Source of the DNA: Tubulanus polymorphus
Lineage: Eukaryota; Animalia; Nemertea
DNA: 64,000 nt
NCBI RefSeq assembly: GCF_964204645.1
Contig: NC_134031.1
Location: 19,785,910-19,849,909 of the forward strand
Reading direction: 5' to 3'
The position numbers were made by a program, and so were the translations under genes. Shown here in pieces: positions 39,801-51,807 of the stretch. Under the pieces are notes generated by a model. It did no database searches. It was given only the letters and a program-made list of their open reading frames with translations, and was not told the DNA's origin. Within the stretch, counting starts at the first letter, position 1. Each line of letters starts with the position of its first letter.

Positions 39801-42752
39801 TTTTTTTGATGAGGTAACTCTCGAGTCAAATCTTAACAAATTAGAGATAAGATAAGTACATTTTGGATGAGTTCATTCATAAGTAAATTCTTTACTCAGA
39901 AATGTGTGACTCTGGGTCCTGGACACAGAATGAATATCTGAGGCTGGGGTCCAGGCTGAATTTGATACCTATGCTATGATACCCCTTTGCGTACCATCCG
40001 GTGATATGTACAAATTCGATAGGTCGGTTCTTCACAAAGATGGATATGCGTAATGCTACCTCTTCTCTTCCCAGAACTGCTTGTGTTTACAAACTATAAT
40101 TCAAGTACAAAGCAACCAGATGTGAGTAATATTCATATGTTCCCGAAATTGCTGAACAATTAGTCACATTAAACATTCTATTAATTGCTTAGTACTTCTA
40201 ACGCTGCCATTTTATGCATATTACGCATATTACATGAATTGTGTAGTACATGTATAAACCTCCTAATTTTACTCTGAAAGTCTCAAATGTTTGTCCAATT
40301 TGTAGTCAATTCTTTATGGCATAATGTTTATATAATAGATCTGAGAATTCGAATTCAGTATTTTTCTCGCTGTAGTGTTATTAAGCCGGGTTCCAGTTAT
40401 TATTACGCAACTGGAATTGCTTGCTCTAGATTTGAATATCTAAGTCATTAGTGAGTAGATTTTTAATTCGAACTCGGGCTGCAATCTATTTATTTAGCAA
40501 TAGTTATTCAGTTCAATAGGTTTTTTTTGCGACTGCGGAGTACCCAATTTTATCGTCATTTTCCCGGTATTATCGTAATTGTATTCAGCTTTTACTTTGT
40601 TTTGAAGTATACGATGCAATATATGTAACGTTCAGTCTATCAATGTCTACTGTCTCTTTATCTCTGTACTATTTTACTATGATATCATGTAATACCTCAA
40701 TCTGTTTCAAATATATGCTGTTTTCAGTTGAGATTTTTTTGTGACTTTTTTCATTGTTTTCTCCCCGATTCGTCGGTAGGTCTTCGCGATCATCTAAATT
40801 GTCTTTCATTTTTAACGAATTCTCCGAGAACAAGTAAGTTTTATTGACGTCTTTTTCCCGAGGATTGAAATGAGAAAGGTCCCAGACTTAGTACAGGTCG
40901 TCGGTATGTTATGTTTTAGTGGTTTATGAAGTAGGTGGTGGTGTTCACACGGTTTCTCTGTTTGCTCGCAAAGAACTCTCATACTCGATTACCATTTACA
41001 TATTACATGAAGTGAATGTATGTACATTTTTCCACTGTTTGCGCGGCATATGGCGTTAATTTCAGCCGCTTTTTGCCGTCATTGATTTCACGTGGAGCTT
41101 CGGTCGGTTTGGGCAGAGAATCATTCTCTCACGACATTTAATGCTGCTGTGCTGTCCCTGGCTAGATAGCCGGTGTCTGCGGATACCGGCTAAATCGTCT
41201 GGTCATTGATTCATGTGACGTTCCTGTTTGTTTTATGTCTAAATTTGAAATTTTCTCTGGGTTGATAGAATGTGATTCTGACATTTGCCCCGGTTCTGAT
41301 ACTGTCCCTTTGATGGTTTTAAGCTTTGATGGGACCTCGCTTCAAGTGCTGCCCCCTGGTTGGGATGCGAGCGTTTTTGAATTCGAACCTCTTGGGAAGA
41401 CTATACTAAACAGTCCGTTAATTATAGAGACTTCCTTAAATACGATCGACTGTTGTCAGTTGATTTGGAATACGTGTATTTGAATTTTTGACCTTTCATT
41501 TCGAATGTTCATCATACAAATTCAGCGGTATATATGGATATTTTCGGTCTGATCAATTATAGATATTGAAAGCTGTGAATAAATCAAACACCAATACTAT
41601 AGTAGTCTGTCCCGCCGGCCCTGACGACAGCTGTTACTTAACGATTGTCGATTATAGCAATAATTTATGGCAATTTAGATTATCTTGCGATTTATCGACG
41701 AGATTCTTTTCCACCACTTCGCCATCTATCGTCGGTTATTTTGTATAATTTGTGGTCATTTCTTTTTTATCGACAGGATCAGAAGATACGGTTGCCGAGG
41801 CGACGCAACCTGGAACTCCAGCATCAGTAGCTCCATCGACTACTACGCAATCGGAAGTGCCGAAATTGAGCGGGCCTTCGCTGTGCGATTTCACACTGCA
41901 GCTCGACGATTATACCCCGACTGTAAGTCGACGGTTTCCTCCTGGGAGTCTTCAACTAAAACAAAACTTTAGTTTATCTGATTAATATTGTCTTCGTTTT
42001 GACCATTCGTCTTCTTGATAAATGCGTGTTTTTGAATCAGAGATTTTCTTCCATGAAGGAAGATTATTTGTTTGAAGTTAACTGATTCTATAAGAAATAT
42101 AGCTTTTATAATCGGATGGGGCTCAGAATACCAACTAGTGAAAATATCCGATCGTGAAATCAAACCACTGACTGACAGGTTACTGTCTATCCGCTACTAA
42201 TCAACTGTCGCTTTATCGCGTAAATGGTCATGTATATTGTAGATTCCCGATGCAGTGACGTCATATTATTTAAACCGATCCGGATTTGACACATCGGACC
42301 CGAGAATGTGAGTAAATTTAGTCAACGAGAAGTGAAGGGCTCCTAAAATGCGGGATAATTTTCGAAATCTGTATTCATTTTCAGAGTGCGACTGGTGTCA
42401 CTTGCCACTCAAAAGTTTATATCCGATGTAGCTAACGATGCGTTACAACATTGTAAAATGAGAGGCGCTGGACAAAGCTCTAAAACTAAGGGCAAGGTAT
42501 TTATCTATCTAATTCATCATAACATTAGTTCTTGATGAAAACTTTTCGTAATGAAATTTAGGATGAAGACTTTCAACCCCTTGGCCCTATCAAAGTAGAC
42601 CGGGCTCGGTAGAAATCTTTTACGCTGTATGTCGATGATCATGCTCATTCTCGTTTTCCTAGGATAAAAAGTACACGTTGACCATCGATGATCTAACACC
42701 AGCCTTGTCCGAATACGGCATCAACGTCAAGAAGCCATATTATTTCACGTAA
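33858..42752 (+). CDS. TAF10: TFIID subunit TAF10; exons 33858 (or 33873)-33897, 41777-41922, 42243-42307, 42385-42496, 42663-42752
   Basis: LCDFTLQLDDYTPT|IPDAVTSYYLNRSGFDTSDPRI|VRLVSLATQKFISDVANDALQHCKMR..|DKKYTLTIDDLTPALSEYGINVKKPYYFT* is unmistakable TAF10. The first coding exon (MKVEIMDDKPSDK-G, phase-1 donor at 33898) is inferred and less certain. Confidence 0.88.
36768..37517 (+). CDS. CLIC: Chloride intracellular channel protein (CLIC/EXC-4-like, GST fold), single coding exon, 249 aa
   Basis: VELFVRAGQDGKCYGASPFCQQVFMILLLK..FRVTTVN..PPEFK..FLCGDHLTHLDCLMLPKLHHIRV..FEIP..LWRYL.NAY..FQKSCPSDQEI. Confidence 0.93.
   Translation: MNEPMTNGPTSSSHVELFVRAGQDGKCYGASPFCQQVFMILLLKADDDSLSFRVTTVNPAKSPPEFKKLSNRLPTLVHGNEVRKNSDEIIEYIDETFPKPSLAYDDRNAESVCLEVFSKFAYYLKEVSRSPTQLITELGKINEFLDAVGTRFLCGDHLTHLDCLMLPKLHHIRVTVKAYKDFEIPAEFRALWRYLKNAYETDTFQKSCPSDQEIVYYWSEKPETPQLPTEAAVKYAPTGDPFYSWDTPL
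37562..37681 (+). repeat. 24-bp tandem repeat, 5 copies, just after the CLIC stop codon
   Basis: (aaacagccaagctttacaagaatt)n with single substitutions. Confidence 0.95.
38793..39127. mobile_element. MITE with 16-bp perfect terminal inverted repeats (CAGGG-type)
   Basis: cagggtttccagtggt at 38793-38808 / accactggaaaccctg at 39112-39127; internal gtcctt motifs; AT-rich flanks. Confidence 0.75.
39187..39322 (+). repeat. 70-bp tandem direct duplication
   Basis: gttcatctattt[a/g]atgttttgtcagttttc[t/g]tactcagtattttaaataccagtataaactgtcat occurs twice. Confidence 0.92.
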
Positions 42753-43654
42753 TAAAAACGGATGCGATGAATGAATGTTACTGATCCACAGAAATCAGAT
42801 CTAAAACCGTTTGTTTCGAAAACGGATTTTTCCAAAAAGCTCCAACAAGGTGTTTGAACTGTAGGAATTGTGGACTCAATTTTCCAAGTTAATCAAATAT
42901 GAGATATAATTGGAAATGTGCCCGTTCTTTCGCGAAATCTGATATTTTTCGTAAAAATTCTTGTGAAATAAAAACAAAAATCTATATACATGTATATAAG
43001 TCATTCGTGTATAAAGTGTGTGTACCAGGAAAAATGACTTTAATGACTTGAAGTTTAATAGAACAAAGGAAAACGTAATGTCCAATAAAGAAAACTGTAT
43101 GAAATAAATTTTCGATTGATTTTTTCTGAAATTTTAGAACTTATCTGGAAATATGATTTGTTGATGTTGATGTTGATGTTGTGGTTGACTGGAAGCCTGG
43201 TCTGGCTAATCTCAAGTATCCCGGAGCAGCAGTTAGCCGATCGTTATTTCTCAGAAAATTATCGGTTGGCAGCTGTTAAACTACTATTAGAAACTAATCC
43301 AAAAAAAACTTACAGAATTATTACACATGCAAAATCTCGTTCATTCTTTCATTTTCAAAAGTAACGATCGTGCGGGCGTGGCCATTTCTCTGTCCCAATC
43401 GAGGTATTTCCTGATTTGCATAAGGGAATTTTTTCTGAACGTGAAGCCTGGAACTCGAACCCAATCAAATCAAAAATTTTCCACGGATGGCATCTTCAAT
43501 GCGAAATTATGACAAGAAAATTGATGATATGATCCCCGCTCATCCAATGCCAGTGTTTTTCCAAGGATCGAACCTGAACCCTAGAACTCAAACCAACCGG
43601 GAATAAAAACTACAGCACTGTCCGGACTGCAATTAACAATCTCAGTGTAGAGTT

Positions 43655-43806
43655 AACAAATAAAAACCCACAGTTAGATCAGGTGTAAAAACAGTTTATC
43701 TTCCTTACAGTTTTTTGTTCCTCTGATGATGAGGCTTAGTTAAAGCCTCGAAACTGTAAGGAAAATAAACTGTTTTTACAGATCTAACTGTGGGTTTTTA
43801 TTTGTT
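43655..43806 (+). ncRNA. Long palindrome enclosing a minimal type-I hammerhead-ribozyme-like motif (Penelope-like element signature)
   Basis: Arms aacaaataaaaacccacagttagatc..tgtaaaaacagtttat..ttccttacagttt and their reverse complement; core CTGATGA(43723-43729)-T-GAGGCTT/AAGCCTC-GAAA(43750-43753)-CT-GTA; stem I ttcct/aggaa. Confidence 0.62.
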
Positions 43807-44273
43807 CATTAGCACTGTCTCCTGATGTGATAGTTGGCACCGCTGCTTGACGTGTCTTGAATGAGACTAATGATCATTGGTGACCAGTCTAATGTTAGAT
43901 ATGATTTGTTGATGTTATGGTTGACAGAATTCCTGGAGTTAGCCGGGTCGCGGGGTCTACGACACTTCGACGCTCCACTCACGCGCTGGCCGGCGCCACA
44001 CAGGGCCGGGACAGTCACCCTCTTACCAGTTCTCACATTTTCTATTTTTCGATGGCAGCAGAGAGAAACCAAGCCCTTAACCTATGGAAACTAGAATATG
44101 AATATATCCAAAATAAGATCTTAGAAGCAGGGCCGGCGCGAAAACGCATTAGCTACAGCGGGATGCCTCCGCCCGACTCCAAACGTTGATTAATCTACAT
44201 TTACCCAAACTATGAGTATAATACTCTTCACATACTCCACCTCGACCTTGACCTTAGCGTGTGGAGTAATAAA

Positions 44274-47200
44274 ATGCCTTCGATCGATACTGAGTAAGAC
44301 TTTGTCAATTTAACATAATTTTCCGGATAATTTTAATGTAAATTAATCATAGTTGATTACTGGACTATGTTTCTGTTTTAGAACGATTGGTAAAAGTTGG
44401 GCCGATGAGGTCGAACAGGTTCAATCTGGTAGGTGAAATTTGACAATCTGTTTCTCATTCATTCGCATCCGGCTTTTACACAGTCAAAGCGCCGTCTACC
44501 GGGCGATGTACAGAAGCGAATGGCAGTAATTTTTTCGAATTTGTTTCACGCTGGGCAAATTGCCACTCATATGAAAGCTTAGCTAAGGCTCTAATTAAAG
44601 ACGAAACAATTTTTGGATTGATATTGAGCCATTTAACAGTGAGCCATTTAACAGTAAGAAGGTGAAAAAGAAATGGTTTTTTTAAATGAGGTTTATTACT
44701 ACCAGGTGACCTGCCCGAACCATCTGAAGACTTTGATGAAGCGACGAATACTCGCACAATTACAGAATATAAACTCAATGAAGATGGCAAAAGAGTTCGC
44801 GTAAGTCTTAACTTTCAAACCCGCCATTTATTACATACATTATATGATTCCAAGTGTTAAAACCGAATAGAAGTAAACAAAAAAGGTATATTTTCTTCAT
44901 GTCATCTCGGTGCATCTTGGTTGTTACGTCATCGCGGTAATAAATGACCGTAACCGCCAGATGTTGTTACTACTTAGACTCCCCTCATCTTAAACCATCT
45001 CTTATCCCCCTTCCCCGTGCCCATGTACTTGGGAGAAGTTAATAATTCTTTAATAGTTTATCCAAATATGAATAACTCCTTCATCTCGGTGGTGTTGGAC
45101 TTGCAGCGGCAAAAGCCGTGTCAATAACTTACTTTTAATACCATGTTTTTGAGGAGATTGAAGTAAATTCACTGTGGCATATTAGAACCTGTCAAAAAGT
45201 GGCCGCGGCAATAAAAAATTGTTTCCAATTCGTCTGTAATTTTGATATAAACACAATCTTTTAGGGAGGAGGAGTCTCCATAAATGATGTGATTTTATTT
45301 TCTGTTCTTTTTTTGTTGTTGTTAGATTGTTAAAACATACAAGATAGAAACAAGAAAAGTCAGCACTTCTATAGCTAAACGAAAGGTGAGTCGAGGAGAG
45401 GGTGCTTTGAGCTCGAGAGGGAGGGTACTGCGTTTGACATCAGGGTATCGTCATAGACCTAAGAACTGTTTTTTAATTCAGGGCTCGTAAGCTTCAAATA
45501 CCCGTTATTTTATTTTTAGCAATGGAAAAAATTCGGCGCAGCCACTCACGACCCTCCCGGTCCAAATCCAGCAAATACAGTTATCGCTGAAGATGTATTC
45601 ATGGCATTTGTTTCAAACAAAGAGGTGAAGAATATAAGATAGGGGTGCAATCAAAGTCAATATCTGAATAAAACCAACATTACAATCTGATGTTTCGATA
45701 AAAATATCGAAAAGATCATGTTTTTTGGATACGTCTATTTTTCAGGTCAGCTCAGAAGCGGAGGAAGATCCATTGGCTAAAATGAAAGGGCAGAAGATTG
45801 TCTCTTGTCGAATCTGTAAAGGTGACCATTGGACGACGAAATGTCCGTATAAAGATACGCTTTCTCCATTAGCGGTGAGTATTACATGTATTCTTTTCTA
45901 ATGCTGCTCGAGTTATGGGGAAAAAAAACTAGGTTGGTAAGAGATAACCGGCAGATAAATACCATAGTAACAATGAAGTTATAACTATCAGTCAACTATC
46001 AACTGGTAACTCTAACCAACTTATGAGGAGCAACTGGTCCCTGAACTTCACCTGAGATATTTTTAATTGAAAATAAACAACAAACACCAGACATTAAACA
46101 TTTTATCAGTCGAATTTCAACATTTTATTGTCCGCATTTCATATGTATCGGGGAGGTTGATTTCACACAAAAATTTGTCGATTTTCCAGGATGCTCTCGG
46201 CGAGGGTGGTGCTGCGACTGAACCTAAAGATGGTGCTGCCAGCACAGCTACGACGCCCGCTACACCAGCTGCAGCTGCTACAGCTGCCTCAAAAACCGGT
46301 AAATACGTACCGCCTAGTCTACGAGGGGGCGCTGGAGCAGCGAAGGGTCGCGGTGAAACAATGCAGAGCAAACGCGGTAAGTTCTTTAATTGAAGAAAAT
46401 ATGTTAGAAGTCAGAAAAATAATTTCGTTATCGTTTGAGTCAAGTCACAGTTTACAGCATTCGTGAATGCAATGATTTGATTGTTGTTGTATGTATTGTT
46501 ATTATAGATGAATCGGCAACAATACGAGTTACTAATTTACCGGAAGAAACGAGAGAACTCGATTTACAGGAATTATTCCGCCCGTTCGGAATGATTTCAC
46601 GTATTTACCTCGCCAAGGATAAACATACAAATACATCTAAGGTATACTTATACTTATCGGATGATTTTTAGAACGATGGTGAAATACTAGAAACCCATTT
46701 AAATCTCCTTCAATTTTGAGTAATAGGCAATTCTATGCCTATAAATTCACTACATTTAAGACTCTGGCGATTGTTGCCTAATTTGGCCATTACCGATATA
46801 GAAATAAGAATTGCTCACAAAACCACTGAATTAACGGTTAAGCAAGATAGACAGTACCAATTCAGGAGGAGTCTACTGTAATTGGGATGGGAAAGTTATG
46901 CAGACGCTTCCTTGACATTCGAAATATTCTCCTTGAAAACTCCTTATTATATCGACAAATTACAGATCTGTAGAGAATCTATTGATTATAACCAATAGTT
47001 TGTTGTATAGAGTACGAAATTAATTGTGGTTAATTGTCCGATTTAGGGTGAAATTCCTCGTTCGGGATATCGAAGTTCATTATGTGGTCGCGTGTGTATG
47101 ATGTGATTTTCTTTTCGAATGATAGGGTTTCGCGTTTGTAAATTTCCACAAAAGAGAAGACGCCGCTCGAGCTATCGTCGGCGTGTCCGGATATGGTTAC

Positions 47201-47695
47201 GATCATCTAATCTTGAACGTAGAATGGGCAAAGTAAGTTCGTACAGGTTTCATACTATTGTATTCGTTTTCATACGTAACCCAATTTGTATTTCCAATTC
47301 AATTTACTAACTGTAAGTCATCATTTGGGAAAGTCCAGCTACGCTAATTCGCCTTATAAGTCATTGTTAGGCTAAAAAAAATTGATACCTTGTTTCTCCG
47401 CTCTGCTGAGCTTAAATGTTGACCCGGCCGGCCGCCTATCTACCCTATACATTACTTTTTTTTTAAATCGTTATCAATTTTACCATAACAGACCCAGCCG
47501 CTATAGGAATGAACTGTTTATAAATTTTATCATATTTTACAAAAATGACCCGGCCGCTGCGGAGAAACAAGGTATCATTTTTGTTTAGCCTTACAATTTT
47601 ATTTTGTAAATGCATACATTTTCTCCATGAGCCCGTACATACAGATATTCATTGGTGGTTTTCTTTATTTCAGGCCCTCTGGAAATACGATGTAA
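44274..47695 (+). CDS. EIF3G: Eukaryotic translation initiation factor 3 subunit G; exons 44274-44293, 44382-44428, 44706-44800, 45326-45385, 45520-45624, 45746-45874, 46190-46376, 46508-46641, 47126-47232, 47674-47695
   Basis: [55 protein letters not shown]; [66 protein letters not shown]. Confidence 0.97.
47368..47592. mobile_element. MITE with ~34-bp terminal inverted repeats in the last EIF3G intron
   Basis: taggctaaaaaaaattgataccttgtttctccgc / gcggagaaacaaggtatcatttttgtttagcctt; internal gacccggccg. A related right end is at window positions 34-79. Confidence 0.75.
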
Positions 47696-48016
47696 TTAGA
47701 TCTTACTGAAAGTGGAATTAATCAAATTTTATGATATTGTTTCAAAGTCTCTCGGCGAATAATAAAATGGGTTTATATGTGAAATGGTGGATGTTTTAGT
47801 CATCTCTGTTTAGTCTCGCAGTAGCAGGCAAAAAACAGTCGTCTCCAAGAGGAACTAATCCAACTGTTTGTACCAAGAATTCTCATATCCAGATAAAAAT
47901 GACGTAAAATTATTAAATAAAAGTCAATTTATTGTAACAAACCACTATTATTGAGAATACACACTAATCACTATACAAAGACGTCTAGATACTAGAGCAC
48001 GACTGAAGTAAACTCA

Positions 48017-49893
48017 TTAATCGATTCTTTGAGCTTGTATTCCCTGTCGTTCTTCGTTTAATTCCAAATTTTCATGCGCTAAATAAACCGACCTATCGTT
48101 AAACGGTACGTAATACCAACTTTTGTAATCGCCACGTTTTCGCATCAGGTCCTTCGCTTTCCATTCTAATTTCCTGGAAAAAATCAACAAAATTCGAAAT
48201 ATAAAAAAACAGTTGTTTAAACTAGTCGATATATCCACCAATATCAGAGTGATCAGTTGTGCGGTCGAGGCTCAGAGACACTAACTTAAAACTTGAAACC
48301 AGTCTCAAGAGTAAAGACTACGTCATGACTTCAAACAGACCCAGGCTTAAACGGCTTCAAAATGTTAAGCCTTGGGGCCAGTTGCATAGTCACGGCTTAG
48401 TCTAAGACCAACTTAGTTCTATAGCCAATCTAACAACTTAAGATCAGTCTAAAGATTTAAGACCACTTTTGGACTTAAGTCACGACTGTGCAACTGGCCA
48501 CTGCTGGTGTATTTACATTTACGACTAAATCAGGGGAAAACGACATCTGTTATCACTACTGTTCTTACCTCCATTTTGCTTTCTGATCTTCAACGAAGAC
48601 GAAATGAAGATATTTCTCGTACTCTTTCTGTGGATTCGAGTAGACATAGCGCGCGAAAAATCTTTTTATCGGATGCTACAAAAATAATTGAAATTTCATC
48701 GATAAACACTTGGATTGAGTTATACAACACAATATACAATTAACTGTACTACAAAAGCCTTACTTTATGAAACTCCCAATGTTTTGGCTCATAGTTTTCC
48801 GGTATATCGGTCAATATGCCATGTCCTTGAAATGAGACAACCAATTTTAAATCACGATATAATGGATAGAAATTGCGGATCATGACAGAAGATACAGAAT
48901 ACGATGATCAGTCATGAACGGACATACCTACAAACGTGTTTGCATAAACAATAACGGCTCCTAACGGTATGATTCCAAGTGCAAAGAAAAAGTGCTGCCG
49001 ATAGAAAGAAAACAATATTCAGTAATTTTCCATCTCTTCCTAATCAGCTCTCCGTTTCTGTACGATCATGATTCATTATCATATTTTATTATATCGTCTT
49101 CATGTTTCCCCATATTCATTGCAAATATCATCACCACCATCAAAATTAGTTGTAATTCATCATTTTTGGTCCTCTTTGCTCGTCCATTGTCTATTGTATG
49201 TATTCATAAAAAAATTTCTGTTAAAAAGGAGACAAATAAAGACTGAATACAATACATACCACTTTATCTTTCCACACGTTCACTTCATGTTTAGTTGGTA
49301 TAATAGTCATACGTCGACCGTGGCCGCCCATATTCCTCACAGCAGTCACTGAAAAACATAATGCAATATATCTTATACATCTCCAGAGTGCGTCGTCTTT
49401 GTGGTTTGGTTGAAAAGGCGTTTGACTCATAACCGAGTAGAACCCTAGTGATTAACCAAACCATGATATTCGGTAAGGTCATATTGATTGCCTCTCGCTG
49501 TGGCAAATCACACCCTGTCCCTGTTCCTGCTGGTAAGCCAGGATGGTCATATATGTATCAACTCAAGTTTTTCTAAAATCTCACTAATAACAACAAAAGT
49601 TGCAAATGAATGAATATCCCATATCGACGATCAATTAATTAACGAAATATGGGTTAAAACACAACTCGAGAAGGACATTCAATGACCGCAAAAAACCCGG
49701 AAGTCCAACGTAAAGACGATTGGTTGACGACTTTAAAAGCCAAGATTCATTACATTGCCTGTACGGATATCTAGTTTACAACGAGTTTTAATTGTTTATT
49801 ACCTAAACTGACATTTTTCGCGGCATTTAGTTGATGTTTGAGTCCATTTACGGCAGGGCCGAATTGCCTACACAGGACACTCAGCACGGCCAT
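48017..49893 (-). CDS. NDUFB5: NADH dehydrogenase 1 beta subcomplex subunit 5 (SGDH), mitochondrial; exons 49893-49803, 49348-49260, 48994-48928, 48825-48764, 48675-48569, 48173-48017
   Basis: Transit-peptide-like MAVLSVLCRQ..; RNMGGHGRRMTIIP..; TM segment HFFFALGIIPLGAVIVYANTFVG; DIPENYEPKHWEFHKHPIKRFFARY..NPQKEYE..LMRKRGDYKSWYY, matching NDUFB5 motifs. Confidence 0.92.
48376..48499. mobile_element. Short MITE (GGCC-type terminal repeats, PIF/Harbinger-like) in an NDUFB5 intron
   Basis: ggccagttgcatagtc / gactgtgcaactggcc, with internal taagac repeats. Confidence 0.6.
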
Positions 49894-51435
49894 CTTGTTT
49901 GCTTCTCGAGATGTCCCAGATTCAATACAATTCAACAAGATCTTTATTGTACATGAAAATTCAGTTCTGAACTCGAACTCGATGAACTTGAACTTGAACT
50001 TGAACTCGATGTCTGACAAGGAATGTAATCGGCCAGTATGAAATAAAGTAAAAGATACGTTAATCGGGCCGAATTTGCTGCTGGTCTCTTGTTTACTATC
50101 CCATTCATGCCATTTCATTTGAAATAAACTCGCAGAATCGGAAATCATACGTGATTCAATTCATATGGTTTACGAAAATAGATCATTACAATAATTCGTC
50201 GTACCTAGTGGAAGCCTTCCGAACAAGTCATTTTGTATGTTGCTAGACCTGCCGTACATTGACCGTCTCTCCCTTACCGCACACGCCAGGCCCTGTCTCT
50301 TTCGGAGGAGATCAGCTAGAAAACTATTAGTTTGCCACGCAAAGAATTTAACAAAACAATATGTATTTCATCTAACACCCAGGAACAGGAAGCTTTGTTC
50401 TAAAACAGAGGCTGTATCCAGAGGCCACGGGGCATCACTACTCCCTGTGTATTCTCTTATCAGTCCTCATGCGGGTTAATTGTTCATTTGACTTCCAATG
50501 TATACATATATAAACTTCTAATTAACAATAACAATTGGCGATACCAGGAAGAACAGTATTGAATGGTAAAAACCATTTTTTTTTAAATTAACTATAAATA
50601 GGACAATGAACTTCAAAACGATTACCCGGATTAAAGGAACTATCAACGTTGTGACAAGAAGCACGCGCATCCTGTTTCTGGTATTTTCCTAACCATTAAA
50701 CCTTCGGCTATAGCAAGTAACCTTCGGGGCTTCAATGGAATACCTTCAACTGTAGGACATTGATTTGTTACCGTAGAATCACTTGCGAGAATAAACAATT
50801 CCTCGAATTGTACATCACGCTTCACCGTTAATCTTCCTGTGAGGGGCTGTCTGTTTGCTTCTTGTAGGGTAGAAAAGAATTGATGTTGTTGGATCAATTT
50901 ATTTTTTCCAACAGCGGAGGAATCGTTACCTTGAGTTATAATATTTCAGCTGACTACCGTAGATATTTCTTCATCTGATTTACTCGTGATTTACGCTGAA
51001 ATGCCTTGAGCGGTTCTTATGTTTACGATATCGTGCAATTGGTGGATGCTTCTTGCACTTCGCTAACACGCGTTAAGTCACCGTAAGAAAACATGTTTCA
51101 GTAGGAAAACCCTGGGATTTGCACGAATAGATCTAACAAATAAATAAATATGTACGTATATTCATAACAGTGGACGTTGTGTTACTATTCCTCTGAGGGG
51201 TGTTTTATTTGCCGACTCCCTTCAAACCGGTTTTCGACTGAAATCACGCCTATGCGTCTATAGGATTCTTATACGGCTAGTTTCGGAAGAAAGCGAGTTT
51301 ACTGGTGTACAACAAGGTAAGTTGTTAAGATCTTTTAAATTACTACCTTGTAAATTCTTTTTCTAGAGCGAGATCAAGACTCATATTCAGAATTCAAATA
51401 TTTTGTTGACAAACTTTATCATTCCGTTATGACAT

Positions 51436-51807
51436 AGAGTTTTTGCTTATCGTTTCACTTTCACTTTCAGAGTTTTAGCTTATCGTTTCGCTATCACTTT
51501 CAGAGTTTTAGCTAATCATTTATAAGCCCTCACTTTCAGAGTTTTAGCTTATCGTTTCGCTATCACTTTCAGAGTTTTAGCTTATCGTTTCGCTATCACT
51601 TTCAGAGTTTTAGCTAATCATTGATAAGCCCTCGCTTTCAGAGTTTTAGCTTATCGTTTCGCTATCGCTTTCAGAGTTTTAGCTTATCGTTTCGCTATCA
51701 CTTTCAGAGTTTTAGCTAATCATTTATTAGTCCTCACTTTCAGAGTTTTAGTTTATCGTTTAGCTATCACTTTCAGAGTTTTAGTTTATCGTTTAGCTCA
51801 CACTTTC
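51436..51807 (+). repeat. Minisatellite of 33-bp (A) and 36-bp (B) units forming a 102-bp higher-order repeat, in laccase intron 1
   Basis: Units start tcactttcagagttttagct at 51461, 51494, 51530, 51563, 51596, 51632, 51665, 51698, 51734, 51767. Confidence 0.95.

Noticed and set aside
41566-41776. A local first exon or trans-splice start for TAF10
   Set aside because: No ATG with a convincing phase-1 donor nearby, and no in-frame Met after the acceptor until inside the conserved domain.
51436-51807. Regularly spaced repeats resembling a CRISPR array
   Set aside because: The intervening parts are themselves repeated (two types), the context is eukaryotic and intronic, and there are no cas genes.
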